A stretch of DNA of 64,000 nt from Acidimicrobiia bacterium. Lineage in GTDB: Bacteria; Actinomycetota; Acidimicrobiia; Spongiisociales; ZC4RG35. Each line of letters opens with the position of its first letter. Positions within the stretch are counted from its first letter, which is position 1. Under the pieces are notes generated by a model. The model was not told the origin of the DNA. It did no database searches and saw nothing but the letters and a program-made list of their open reading frames with translations. Positions 1 to 9,501 of the stretch are shown in pieces. Location: positions 64,001-128,000 of the forward strand of contig CBDBCY010000002.1 of NCBI GenBank assembly GCA_965203555.1, read 5' to 3'. Both the position numbers and the translations under genes were made by a program.

Positions 1-7
1 TCGACTC

Positions 8-553
8 ATGAGAGTTATAGCCGGCAGGTATCGAGGATTGCGCCTCCGGGTTCCCCGCGGTCCGGGTACCCGACCCGCCACCGGACGGGTACGCGAGTCG
101 GTATTCTCGGCGCTGGGTCCCACCGTGGTGGGGGCCGCAGTCCTGGATCTCTTCGCCGGTTCGGGAAGTCTGGGAATCGAGGCGCTGAGCAGGGGAGGAC
201 GGTCGGCGGTGTTCGTGGAGCGGTCGCGACCTGCAGTGTCCGCCCTGCGGTCCAACCTCGAGTCCACGGGGGCCACCGATCATGCCGAGGTGGTATCCAG
301 GAGTGTGGAGAGGTTTGTGGAAGAGGACCGGGCGGGACTTCGTTTCGATATAGTCTTCGCCGACCCCCCTTGGGATATATCATCAGGGAGACTGGCTGGG
401 ATACTGGCGCGAGTTACCCGCCGGATGACCCCCGGCGCCGTAGCTGTCGTCACTCGCCGGGCGGGTGACGGTGTGCCGGTGGTCGACGGGTTGGAGGTTG
501 CCGACCAGCGACGTCACGGTGACGCCGAAATTATCAGATATCGCAAGGAGTGA
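8..553 (+). CDS. rsmD: 16S rRNA (guanine966-N2)-methyltransferase
   Basis: MRVIAG..RP..RVRES N-terminus, VLDLFAGSG SAM motif, DPPW motif; directly upstream of coaD. Confidence 0.93.
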   Translation: MRVIAGRYRGLRLRVPRGPGTRPATGRVRESVFSALGPTVVGAAVLDLFAGSGSLGIEALSRGGRSAVFVERSRPAVSALRSNLESTGATDHAEVVSRSVERFVEEDRAGLRFDIVFADPPWDISSGRLAGILARVTRRMTPGAVAVVTRRAGDGVPVVDGLEVADQRRHGDAEIIRYRKE

Positions 554-556
554 AGG

Positions 557-1033
557 ATGACCGTCGCTCTCTGTCCGGGGAGTTTCGATCCGCCTACCAG
601 CGGACATCTGGATGTGATCCGCCGGTGCACCCGTCTGTTCGACCGGGTGGTGGTGGGCGTGGTGATCAACCCGTCCAAGCAATCGCTGTTCACCCTCCAT
701 GAGCGCGTGGGTTTTCTGGAGTCGGCTCTTTCCGACCTTCCCCAGGTGGTGGTCCGTCACCACCAGGGCCTTCTGGTGGACTTCGCCCGCCGGGAGGGCG
801 CCCAGGTGATGGTGAAGGGTTTGCGGGCGGTGAGCGACTTCGACAGCGAGTTGCAAATGGCCCAGATGAACCAGACGGTGGGAGGCATCGAGACCATGTT
901 CATGCCGACCAGCCCCACGTGGAGTTTTCTCTCGTCTTCCCTGATCCGGGAAGTTGCCTCGCTGGGAGGATCAGTGGCAGGCTTGGTGCCCGACAATGTC
1001 GCCGAAGCAATGAAGGAGCGTTTCCATGAGTGA
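557..1033 (+). CDS. coaD: Phosphopantetheine adenylyltransferase
   Basis: PGSFDPPTSGH, KGLRAVSDF and SSSLIRE motifs. Confidence 0.97.
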   Translation: MTVALCPGSFDPPTSGHLDVIRRCTRLFDRVVVGVVINPSKQSLFTLHERVGFLESALSDLPQVVVRHHQGLLVDFARREGAQVMVKGLRAVSDFDSELQMAQMNQTVGGIETMFMPTSPTWSFLSSSLIREVASLGGSVAGLVPDNVAEAMKERFHE

Positions 1034-1559
1034 TGAGCAGATCCCTCACCTCCAACAATCAGAGGTTGTCCCAGTTCGTTCCTCGGTTGGTTACCTGCTC
1101 GGGCTGGTGGAGGAGTTGATCGACGAGGTGCGCAATGCCCGCTCCCTTCCTCTGTCGCAAAACGCCCTGGTGGACCGGGAGAAGATGCTTTCTCGGCTCG
1201 ACGATCTCCTCAGGGGCCTTCCCGACGAATTGCGGGCCGCCCGGTGGATGGTCCGAGAGCGAGAAAACTTCATGCGACGAGCCCAGGACCAGTCCGACGA
1301 AATCGTCAACCGGGCCAGATCGGAGGCACGGCGCCTGGTCAGCCAGTCTCACATTCTGGAAGAGGCCGTTGCGGAGGCCAACGCGCTGGTGCGCAGGGCA
1401 GAAGGCGAGGCCAGGCGTACCCGGCTGGAGGCCGAGGACATGGCGGACGCGGTCATGGAGTCATTGGAGACCCTGATCGGCGATCTGGCGGCCAGAGTGA
1501 GTTCCACGCGGTCTGAACTCCACAGGGCCCGGCCGGTTGATCCGGCCCCTCCCGTCTGA
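1026..1559 (+). CDS. Coiled-coil DivIVA/SepIVA-like protein conserved downstream of coaD
   Basis: ARSLPLS..LP.ELR.ARW motif followed by heptad-rich helix; usual coaD-X-yceD position in actinobacteria. Confidence 0.7.
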   Translation: MSDEQIPHLQQSEVVPVRSSVGYLLGLVEELIDEVRNARSLPLSQNALVDREKMLSRLDDLLRGLPDELRAARWMVRERENFMRRAQDQSDEIVNRARSEARRLVSQSHILEEAVAEANALVRRAEGEARRTRLEAEDMADAVMESLETLIGDLAARVSSTRSELHRARPVDPAPPV

Positions 1560-2044
1560 TGCGATCCCCGATGAAGGTGGACGTCGCCCACTTCATGAAC
1601 GGTGCGGGCCGAAGCGACCGGCGCAGTTTTCTTTTGCCCATCGGGGTGCAGATGCCGTTGGTCGAAGCCCAAGAAGCCAACGTGGATATTCTTTTGGAGG
1701 GAGACGATGAGGGGATCCGCCTCAGGGGAACCATTGCCGCCGACGTCACATTGAACTGCTACCGCTGTCTGGAGGAATGGCGAACCGGGAGAGTGATTCA
1801 GTTTGACCGAACGGTGCGGCGCCTACCCGATGCCGACGGATACATCCTTCCGGAGGACGGGTGTCTGGAGTTGGATGGGATTGTCATCGACGAGGTGGTA
1901 CTCTCTTTGCCGACTGCGCCACTGTGCGAAGAGGACTGTCCCGGAATCTGCTCCGGATGCGGAGTCCACTTGAATGCAGGGGTATGCAAATGTGTTGACG
2001 AAGATCGGCATTCTCCGTTTTCTGTCTTGTCCGAATTGCTATAG
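1559..2044 (+). CDS. yceD: DUF177/YceD family metal-binding protein
   Basis: CxRCL and PLC.EDCPGICSGCG motifs; upstream of rpmF. Confidence 0.9.
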   Translation: MRSPMKVDVAHFMNGAGRSDRRSFLLPIGVQMPLVEAQEANVDILLEGDDEGIRLRGTIAADVTLNCYRCLEEWRTGRVIQFDRTVRRLPDADGYILPEDGCLELDGIVIDEVVLSLPTAPLCEEDCPGICSGCGVHLNAGVCKCVDEDRHSPFSVLSELL

Positions 2045-2055
2045 GAGAGTCAACA

Positions 2056-2232
2056 ATGGCTGTTCCCAAGAAAAAGAGTTCCAAGATGCGCACCAGGCAA
2101 AGAAAAGCGGCTTGGAAGGTCAGTCCGCCCACCCTTTCCAAGTGCCCGCGATGTCATGCTTTCCGACTTTCCCATCGGGCCTGTTCGGAGTGCGGTAACT
2201 ATCGAGGACGTGAAATAGTCGAACTCGAGTAG
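2056..2232 (+). CDS. rpmF: 50S ribosomal protein L32 (Zn-ribbon type); below the size cutoff of the ORF track
   Basis: Manual translation gives MAVPKKKSSKMRTRQRKAAWKVSPPTLSKCPRCHAFRLSHRACSECGNYRGREIVELE; AGGAG SD upstream. Confidence 0.96.
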   Translation: MAVPKKKSSKMRTRQRKAAWKVSPPTLSKCPRCHAFRLSHRACSECGNYRGREIVELE

Positions 2233-3206
2233 TGCCGATCATTGCTCTGGATGCCGGTGGGGGCGATTTCGCCCCGCAGGAGACGGTTGCTGGTGCGGTG
2301 GCGGCGGCCGCCGACGGGGTCGATGTGCTGTTGGTGGGAGACCGCCCGGTGTTGGAGACCGAATTGGCAAGTCACGGGGTGGAACTACCCATCGTCCACG
2401 CTCCTTCGGTGGTGGGGATGGGGGACTTCCCGATCAGGGCGATCAGGGAAGTGCCGGACTCCTCGGTGGTGGTCTGCGGGCGATTGGTCTCCTCCGGCGA
2501 GGCGGCGGGTTTTGTTTCGGCCGGCTCCACCGGAGCCTCGATGGCGGTGGCCGCGGTCGGGATGGGCCGGTTGCCGGGAGTCTCCAGGCCCGCCATAGCC
2601 AGCCTCATGCCCATCCCGTGGAACCCGACCGTTCTATGCGATGCCGGGGCCAACCTGGCGGTGCGTCCCAGCCAACTGGTGGAGTTCGCGGTGATGGGAT
2701 CGGTGGTGGCGGAGACCACTGCCGGTATCACATCTCCGAGGGTGGGATTGCTGAACAACGGCTCGGAGGATTCGAAAGGAAGGGAGATGGAGAGGGAAGG
2801 CCTGGAGCTCTTGCGTAAGGCCCCGGTCAACTTCGTAGGGAATATCGAGGGAAGCGACTTTGCCACAGGGGTGGTGGATGTGATCGTCACCGATGGATTC
2901 ACCGGAAATGTCTTCCTGAAAACGGTGGAGGCCTCGGTGGTGATGGTCGCCAAGGCGTTCTTCTCGATGCTGGCCGAGAATGACCCGGAGGCCGAAGAAA
3001 AGGTGCGACCCCGGTTCTCGGCCCAGGGTCGCCAACTCATGGAGGATCGCCACGCCGGTGCCCACTTGGTCGGCGCCCGGGGGATAGCGGTCATAGCCCA
3101 TGGGCACGCCCGGAGCGCGGCCGTCTCCAAGGCGCTGCATATGGCGCATGAGGGTTCCGAGACCCGGCTGGCTGAACGGATCGAGGAGAGTTTTCACTGT
3201 CTGTAA
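2232..3206 (+). CDS. plsX: Phosphate acyltransferase
   Basis: IALDAGGGDFAP, SAGSTGA, RPAI, DAGAN and VTDGFTGNVFLK motifs. Confidence 0.95.
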   Translation: MPIIALDAGGGDFAPQETVAGAVAAAADGVDVLLVGDRPVLETELASHGVELPIVHAPSVVGMGDFPIRAIREVPDSSVVVCGRLVSSGEAAGFVSAGSTGASMAVAAVGMGRLPGVSRPAIASLMPIPWNPTVLCDAGANLAVRPSQLVEFAVMGSVVAETTAGITSPRVGLLNNGSEDSKGREMEREGLELLRKAPVNFVGNIEGSDFATGVVDVIVTDGFTGNVFLKTVEASVVMVAKAFFSMLAENDPEAEEKVRPRFSAQGRQLMEDRHAGAHLVGARGIAVIAHGHARSAAVSKALHMAHEGSETRLAERIEESFHCL

Positions 3207-4024
3207 CCCGTCTGCAGAACCGCCTGGGTTATCGTTTCAGCTCCCGGGAACTGTTGTTGACTGCCCTCACTCATCCATCGTACGCCAATGAGAAGGGGAT
3301 TGCCGATTACGAGAGGTTGGAGTTTTTGGGAGACACCGTTCTGCAACTGGTGGTGACTCGGCATCTATTCAGGGAGTATTCCCACCTTCGGGAGGGCCAG
3401 ATGACCCGGGTTAGGGCGGCGGTGGTGAGAAAGGAGACATTGGCAGAGGTGGCGAACGCTTTGGGGATGGGCGAGGCGCTTCGGTTGGGAAAGGGAGAAA
3501 TCCAATCGGGGGGAAGGGAAAAGACCAGCATCCTGGCCGATGCCATGGAGGCGGTTGTCGGAGCGGTGTATGAAGACGGAGGTTGGAAGTCGGTCCGGAG
3601 ACTGGTCATGAATCACTGGCGGACGATGATCGCCGACCAGGCGGCCATGCCCGACGCTCGTGACGCCAAAACACGCTTGCAGGAGGTGTTGGCTTCCGAG
3701 GACAAGGCGCCCGAATACCGTAGGAGCGAAGCGGGACCGGGCCACGCCCGGCGTTTTAGAGTGGAAGTGTGGATAGTGGCTGCTGTTTGGGCGGAACCGG
3801 CGACTTCGCAGCCTGAGACCTGCCAGGGGATAGGAGAGGGGTCCTCTCGGCGCTTGGCCGAACAGCGAGCGGCGGCCGACGCCTTGAGCAATCTCTATCC
3901 CGACTCGACTGAGACGCGAACGAGGCCGGCGTCCTCTGTTTCATCCCTTTCTCCGCCAAAACCGCATCCGATAATGCAGCGTATCAGGGACTGGGGAAAC
4001 AGGAGAGCGGCAGAGGGGTCCTGA
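3197..4024 (+). CDS. rnc: Ribonuclease III; start probably CTG at 3197 (ORF track gives 3254)
   Basis: ALTHPS, YERLEFLGD, ADAMEAVVGA and C-terminal dsRBD; conserved LQNRLGYRF segment lies upstream of 3254. Confidence 0.92.
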   Translation: MSVTRLQNRLGYRFSSRELLLTALTHPSYANEKGIADYERLEFLGDTVLQLVVTRHLFREYSHLREGQMTRVRAAVVRKETLAEVANALGMGEALRLGKGEIQSGGREKTSILADAMEAVVGAVYEDGGWKSVRRLVMNHWRTMIADQAAMPDARDAKTRLQEVLASEDKAPEYRRSEAGPGHARRFRVEVWIVAAVWAEPATSQPETCQGIGEGSSRRLAEQRAAADALSNLYPDSTETRTRPASSVSSLSPPKPHPIMQRIRDWGNRRAAEGS

Positions 4025-4034
4025 CCGCGCAGTT

Positions 4035-4880
4035 ATGCCCGAACTGCCCGAAGTGGAGACGGTGCGGCGGGCCATCCACCCGCAGTTGGTGGGTAAAGAG
4101 GTGGAAGCCGCCCGGATTTGCCACCCCCGGACCGCCCGCCGCCACGCCCGTCCCACCGACGTGGAGGATCGCCTGCTCGGCCGCCGGGTTGTGGGGACGG
4201 ACCGGATTGGAAAGTTCCTGATGGTGCGATTGGATTCCGATCTGACTTGGGTGATGCATCTGGGAATGTCGGGCCGTATCCGTCTGGTCCCGGCGGGGGA
4301 TCCCATGGAACTGCACACCCGCTTTTGGGCGGATACCGCTTCGGGGCCCGCTCTCCGGTTTGTCGATGCCAGGACCTTTGGATTCGTGGCGGTGTTCACC
4401 TCCGCAGAGTTCAGCGTATCCAGCCTGGCCAAGCTGGGCCCCGACGCCTGGAATCAATTGCCCGCCGCCGGTCGTCTCTTGGAACGGATGAAGTCTCGGT
4501 CCATCGCCGTGAAGAGCCTGCTGTTGGATCAGCGATTCCTGGCGGGCCTGGGGAACATCTATGCCGACGAGGTGTTGCACCGGGCGGGGATACACCCGGC
4601 CCGCCCGGCCGGAAGCCTCACCGAGTCGGAGGCGGCGATGCTCCATGCCCAGGTGAAGCCGGTGCTGGCGGACGGAATCAGGCGGGGAGGCACCAGTCTG
4701 GACGACCTGGCCTACCTCTTGCCGGACGGTAGGGCGGGAGGCTTTCTCCAATACCTGCGGGCCTACGGGCGGGAGGGGCGCCCTTGCCGGTCTTGTGACA
4801 CCCCCATCCGCCGGATGGTGATCGGGGCGCGGTCATGTTTCTTCTGCCCATCTTGCCAGGCGCCTCCCGGAGACGGATAA
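4035..4880 (+). CDS. mutM: Formamidopyrimidine-DNA glycosylase
   Basis: MPELPEVET, HLGMSG, GLGNIYADE and C-terminal Zn finger. Confidence 0.96.
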   Translation: MPELPEVETVRRAIHPQLVGKEVEAARICHPRTARRHARPTDVEDRLLGRRVVGTDRIGKFLMVRLDSDLTWVMHLGMSGRIRLVPAGDPMELHTRFWADTASGPALRFVDARTFGFVAVFTSAEFSVSSLAKLGPDAWNQLPAAGRLLERMKSRSIAVKSLLLDQRFLAGLGNIYADEVLHRAGIHPARPAGSLTESEAAMLHAQVKPVLADGIRRGGTSLDDLAYLLPDGRAGGFLQYLRAYGREGRPCRSCDTPIRRMVIGARSCFFCPSCQAPPGDG

Positions 4881-4923
4881 ACCGTTGTTTGGGGTACCCG
4901 GCGGTTAGGTTGGGTATTTCCCC

Positions 4924-7900
4924 ATGTTCTTGAAGTCCATTGCTTTGACCGGGTTCAAATCCTTTGGCGGACGTACCACGCTGGAGTTGGATCCGGGGAT
5001 CACGGTGATGGTGGGCCCCAACGGTTCGGGGAAGTCAAACATCGTGGATGCGGTGGCCTGGGCGACCGGCGGGCAGTCCACCCGCGGCCTGCGAGCTGAT
5101 CGATCCGATGAGTTGCTCTTCTGTGGCGCCGCCGGCCTCCCGCCCGCTTCCCGGGCCGAGGTCACCCTGGTTTTTGACAACGGTTCCGGCCTGCTGCCCG
5201 TAGATCGTCCGGAGGTCTCCGTCACCCGGCGTTTCCACCGGTCGGGGGTGTCGGAGTTCGAGATCAACCGTGCTCCCTGTCGCCTGATGGACATAACGGA
5301 ACTGCTGGCTGAGGCGGGACTGCGCCGCAGCCGCTACGCCCTGCTGGGACAGGGTCAGGTGGAGCAGGTACTCAACGCCTCTTCCACCGAGCACCGCAAG
5401 GTCCTGGAGGAGGCGGCGGGGGTGGGCAAACACCTGTGGCGGCGGGACCGGGCGGTTCGGAGGCTCGAGTCCACGCGGTTGGACTTGGATCGAATCGAGG
5501 ACTTGATTGCCGAGAAGAAACGCCGTATGCGGCCGCTGCGCCGGCAGGCCGAAGCCTTGGGGCGTTATACCCAACTGGTCGAGGAGATCAAGTCTCTCCG
5601 TCTCTACCTGGAGGGGGAGAAGCTGGCCGAAATCGATGGGCGACTCGAGGCCGCGGTTGGAAACCGGACACTACTGGAGGAGGCTCGCTCGGGAGCGGCG
5701 GTCGAGCGGGAGCGGTGTCTTGTTGCGTTGGCCGAGGTCGAGGCCACCCGGGAGTCGCTGCGCTCCGCGTCGGCTGCGGACAGGTTGCGGGACTGGGAGA
5801 TGGTTTATGAAAGGATGCGACGTCTATCGGAGGTGGCCGCATTGCGGGCGAAGGAGCGGGAACATCGACTGCAGGCCCAACAGAGGCGACTTGCCCTGGA
5901 CCGGGAGCGGCTCGGGCTGGAGGAAAGTGTGGCGGAGATGGATGGATTGCTGGAGGCCGCCCGGGCGGATGTCGAGGAGTCTCGGATCGGGGCGGCCCGG
6001 TTGGTCGAGGAGGAGCAGAGGCTTTCTGCCATGCGGGGTATGGACGCCGAGGGGGAGATTGGAGGGCTGCTGAGCGAAAAATCTGCTTTGGAAGCCTCCG
6101 TCGATCGGGATCGCAAGGAGTTGAGGATCGTGGAATCCCGGCTTGCGGAGTTGTCGTCCGCCGCAGAGAAGACTCAAGCCGAACAGGCGCAGATACAAAC
6201 GCGGATGGCCGGGGACGAGATGGAACTGCGAAAAGCGGAAGATGAGGTCGAGGAGGCCAAGAAGAGGCTTGCTGATGGCCGGCTCGGCCTGCGCGCCGCC
6301 GAAACCCGGGCTGCGGAGGCCGGAAACGTAAAGGGTGAGGCTTTGGGCAGACTGGAGGCTGCCCGGCGCACCTTGATGCTGGAGGATCCCCGCCGAAGAA
6401 AGACGGTGGAGAATCTGACGGGATGGACGGGATGGGTTTCGCAGTTGCTGGAGGTCCCTCGTGAGTTGGCGGCGGCGGTGGAGGCGGGACTCGGGAAGTG
6501 GGCCGAGGCGGCGGCTTTCGAGGGTCCGGTGGCGTTGGGAAACGCGGTGGAGCGGGTGGGATGTACATCCGGCGTGGAAGGTCCGGTCTTGATGGTGAGC
6601 TCCCGCTTTCCCGGCGGAGGCCAAAGCCCGGCTCGCACGGTGGCCGGTTCCCGCAGCAAAGTGACGCCCCTGGTCGATCTGCTGACCGGGGATGAACCGT
6701 CCGCCCTGGCCGCTCGCCTCCTGGGTGATGTGGTGCTGGTGGAGGATTGGCAGAGCGGTTGGGAGGTGGTGGGCAGTCATCCGCATCTGCGGGCCGTCAC
6801 TCGTCAGGGAGACCTGATCACAGGACGCGGGGTAGCTCTGGGTGGCGGAAATCGTCTACCCGACTTGACGGCGGCGAACAGCAGGGCCGAGGAGGCGACC
6901 GCGGCTTGTCGGGTCCTGGAGAAAGAGGCGGAGCGTTTACGTTCCGAAGCTGAGTTGCTGGAAGCGTCCCAGGAGCGAATGTATATGAATCTCAATCAGC
7001 GGCGCCAGCGGTTGCTGGAGACCAGGCGGGATTCCGAACGGCGCCTTGCCCGTCTGCAGGAGATCTCACGGGAGAAGAAGCGTCTGGTAATGCGCCGCGA
7101 CGCCATTGTGGATGGAAATTCTGCATTCAGTGCTCGGGTAGCCGAGTTGGAGAATCGGATCCGGCGTCTGCGAAGGGGAGGGCATGAGGCTGCGGGGGAG
7201 GCGGAGCGTGCGTCTTTGCGCCTGGAAGAGGTGTCCCGCGCCCGGGTGGTGGCCGAGGAGGAATACCGATCCAAAACCGTGGCTCTTACCAGGCTGGGAG
7301 AACGACGTCGGCTGGAACAGGCCCGGTTTGAGCGGACGATGGTGGAATTGTCTCGGGTGGCTCGCCTGCCTCAGGAGGACGAGGGTTCCGACGACCTGGC
7401 CGAGGAAGTAGCGGAGATTGCCTCCGACGCCTTGCAGATCCTGGCTGCCCGCCGGGAGGGCATCGCCGAGTCGGACCGGGCTGCCAGGCAGCGGATGAGA
7501 GAGTTGGAGTCGGACGCGGCGAGGGCAAAAGCAGCCATTGACCGCGCTGATCGGACCGAACGCCTGGCAACCCGGGAGATGGAGGAGGTGATCGCGGAGA
7601 TTTCCCGGCTGGAGGCGCGTCGTCAAACCACCATTGAGGGCCTTTGGGAAATGGGCGCCGACCCGCAGCAGGCCCTCGAGGCGCCGAAGCCCGAACGGGA
7701 GAACCCTGCCGCCGCTTTGGTGGCTCTGGTGGCAGAGTTGGATCGCACCCGGCCCATCAACCACTACGCCGCCGCAGACTTGGCGGTCCTGGACGAAGAG
7801 TTATCGCAGTTGTGTGATCAACACGGCGACATCGTCGAATCGGATCGGCGGTTGGGCAAGGTCATTTCAGAGTTGGAAAAGGAAGCCGGTGAACGGTATA

Positions 7901-8388
7901 TGGCCACCTTCCGGGAGACCGCTGCGGCATTCGAGCAGACATTCGGGCAGGTCTTCCCCGGCGGCCGCGGACGTCTTCGCATCTGCGATCCGGCCGACCC
8001 CCTGGGTTCGGGAGTGGAGATCCACGCCCGGCCGCAGGGCAAGAGAGTGTCGCGCCTGAGCCTCTTGTCGGGAGGGGAGAGGGCGCTGGGGGCCCTGGCG
8101 TTTCTCTTCGCCTTGATGAAGACCCGCCCATCTCCGTTTTATCTGCTGGATGAGATGGACGCCACCTTGGACGCCGCCAACCTCCACCGGGTGTTGGGCA
8201 TTGTGCGGGAATTGCGATCCCAGGCGCAGATCCTGATCATCACTCACCAACCCCAGACCGCCGAGTTCGCCGAGGTCCTCTATGGGGTGACCATGCCTCC
8301 CGGAGGGACCACCCAGGTGGTTTCCCGCCGCATGGACCGAGCCGGGACCGATATCGGGAAGTTGAGCCCCCAGGCCCGATCGGCCTAG
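4924..8388 (+). CDS. smc: Chromosome segregation protein SMC
   Basis: GFKSF, GPNGSGKSN, coiled coils with hinge, LSGGE, LLDEMD. Confidence 0.95.
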   Translation: MFLKSIALTGFKSFGGRTTLELDPGITVMVGPNGSGKSNIVDAVAWATGGQSTRGLRADRSDELLFCGAAGLPPASRAEVTLVFDNGSGLLPVDRPEVSVTRRFHRSGVSEFEINRAPCRLMDITELLAEAGLRRSRYALLGQGQVEQVLNASSTEHRKVLEEAAGVGKHLWRRDRAVRRLESTRLDLDRIEDLIAEKKRRMRPLRRQAEALGRYTQLVEEIKSLRLYLEGEKLAEIDGRLEAAVGNRTLLEEARSGAAVERERCLVALAEVEATRESLRSASAADRLRDWEMVYERMRRLSEVAALRAKEREHRLQAQQRRLALDRERLGLEESVAEMDGLLEAARADVEESRIGAARLVEEEQRLSAMRGMDAEGEIGGLLSEKSALEASVDRDRKELRIVESRLAELSSAAEKTQAEQAQIQTRMAGDEMELRKAEDEVEEAKKRLADGRLGLRAAETRAAEAGNVKGEALGRLEAARRTLMLEDPRRRKTVENLTGWTGWVSQLLEVPRELAAAVEAGLGKWAEAAAFEGPVALGNAVERVGCTSGVEGPVLMVSSRFPGGGQSPARTVAGSRSKVTPLVDLLTGDEPSALAARLLGDVVLVEDWQSGWEVVGSHPHLRAVTRQGDLITGRGVALGGGNRLPDLTAANSRAEEATAACRVLEKEAERLRSEAELLEASQERMYMNLNQRRQRLLETRRDSERRLARLQEISREKKRLVMRRDAIVDGNSAFSARVAELENRIRRLRRGGHEAAGEAERASLRLEEVSRARVVAEEEYRSKTVALTRLGERRRLEQARFERTMVELSRVARLPQEDEGSDDLAEEVAEIASDALQILAARREGIAESDRAARQRMRELESDAARAKAAIDRADRTERLATREMEEVIAEISRLEARRQTTIEGLWEMGADPQQALEAPKPERENPAAALVALVAELDRTRPINHYAAADLAVLDEELSQLCDQHGDIVESDRRLGKVISELEKEAGERYMATFRETAAAFEQTFGQVFPGGRGRLRICDPADPLGSGVEIHARPQGKRVSRLSLLSGGERALGALAFLFALMKTRPSPFYLLDEMDATLDAANLHRVLGIVRELRSQAQILIITHQPQTAEFAEVLYGVTMPPGGTTQVVSRRMDRAGTDIGKLSPQARSA

Positions 8389-8501
8389 CTAGCTAGCGCT
8401 GAGCATCTGACGGAGTTTGCAGGTACATTGAGTGGATAGGCGACTAGGCCCCTGATTGCGTTCTCAGATAACGGAAGAAACCCTCAAAGGGATGGTGAAA
8501 A

Positions 8502-9113
8502 GTGACCGAGGATGACATGGTTGGGAGCGACGATTCCCGATTGTTCTCGATCGGCCACTCCAATCAACCGTTCAAGGGCCTGGTGAGGTTGTTGCAACAG
8601 CACCGGGTGGAGGTGGTGGCGGACGTGCGAACGTCGCCCTACTCGAGGTACAACCCGCAATTCAACAGCCGTGACTTACGATTCGGTTTGAAAGAATCGG
8701 GTATTCGGTATGTCTTTCTTGGAAAGGAACTGGGGGGACGTCCCGAGGAGGCCAGGTTCTACGACTCTGATGGACATGTTCACTACGGACGGGTGGCGAA
8801 GACGGATTGGTTCCAGACCGGCCTGGATCGGCTCTGTCACGGGACGACGCAGTTCAGGACAGCCATTCTGTGCAGCGAGGAGGATCCGGCTGAGTGTCAC
8901 CGCTTCCTTCTCATTACGCGCGCTCTGAGCGACCGGGGGGTTGCGGTCGCCCACATTCGGGGTGACGGTTCTCTCCAGAGCACGAAGGAGATTTCCGCAT
9001 TTGATCCTGAACACAAGGTTGTTTCTCTATTCGGAGAGGAGGTGAGGAGTTCATGGAGATCTACACGATCGGTTTTACCAAGAAATCGGCAGAAGAGTTC
9101 TTCGAGACATTGA
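8502..9113 (+). CDS. DUF488 family protein
   Basis: SIGHSN, DVR.SPYS, LGGR and LCSE....CHR motifs. Confidence 0.88.
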   Translation: MTEDDMVGSDDSRLFSIGHSNQPFKGLVRLLQQHRVEVVADVRTSPYSRYNPQFNSRDLRFGLKESGIRYVFLGKELGGRPEEARFYDSDGHVHYGRVAKTDWFQTGLDRLCHGTTQFRTAILCSEEDPAECHRFLLITRALSDRGVAVAHIRGDGSLQSTKEISAFDPEHKVVSLFGEEVRSSWRSTRSVLPRNRQKSSSRH

Positions 9114-9490
9114 GACAGAACAGCATCGAGCAGCTGGTCGATGTGCGACGCCACAACACCTCGCAGTTGGCCGGGTTCGCCAAGAAGCGCGATCTTGTCT
9201 ATTTTCTCCGGGAGCTGCTGGGAGCGGACTACCGTCATGAGGAGGATCTCGCCCCTACCCAGGAGCTTCTCAAGGCCTTTCGAGCGAAAGAGTACACCTG
9301 GGACGAGTACCAGGAGATCTTCTTGGAACAGTTGTCGGAGCGCAGGGTCGAGGAGGAGGTGGCACGGGAAATGTTCTCGCCGAAGACCGTGCTTCTGTGC
9401 AGCGAACCGACTGCCGATTTCTGCCATCGGCGACTGGTGGTCGAGTATCTGGACGCCTCTTGGGGCAGCGTCCGGGCCGTCCACCTGTAG
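9053..9490 (+). CDS. DUF488 family protein (second subtype)
   Basis: YTIGFTKKSAE.FF, DVR.HNTSQLAGFAK and LLCSE....CHRRLV; strong SD; overlaps the previous gene by 61 nt. Confidence 0.88.
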   Translation: MEIYTIGFTKKSAEEFFETLRQNSIEQLVDVRRHNTSQLAGFAKKRDLVYFLRELLGADYRHEEDLAPTQELLKAFRAKEYTWDEYQEIFLEQLSERRVEEEVAREMFSPKTVLLCSEPTADFCHRRLVVEYLDASWGSVRAVHL

Positions 9491-9501
9491 GAGGCTCGCC
9501 G

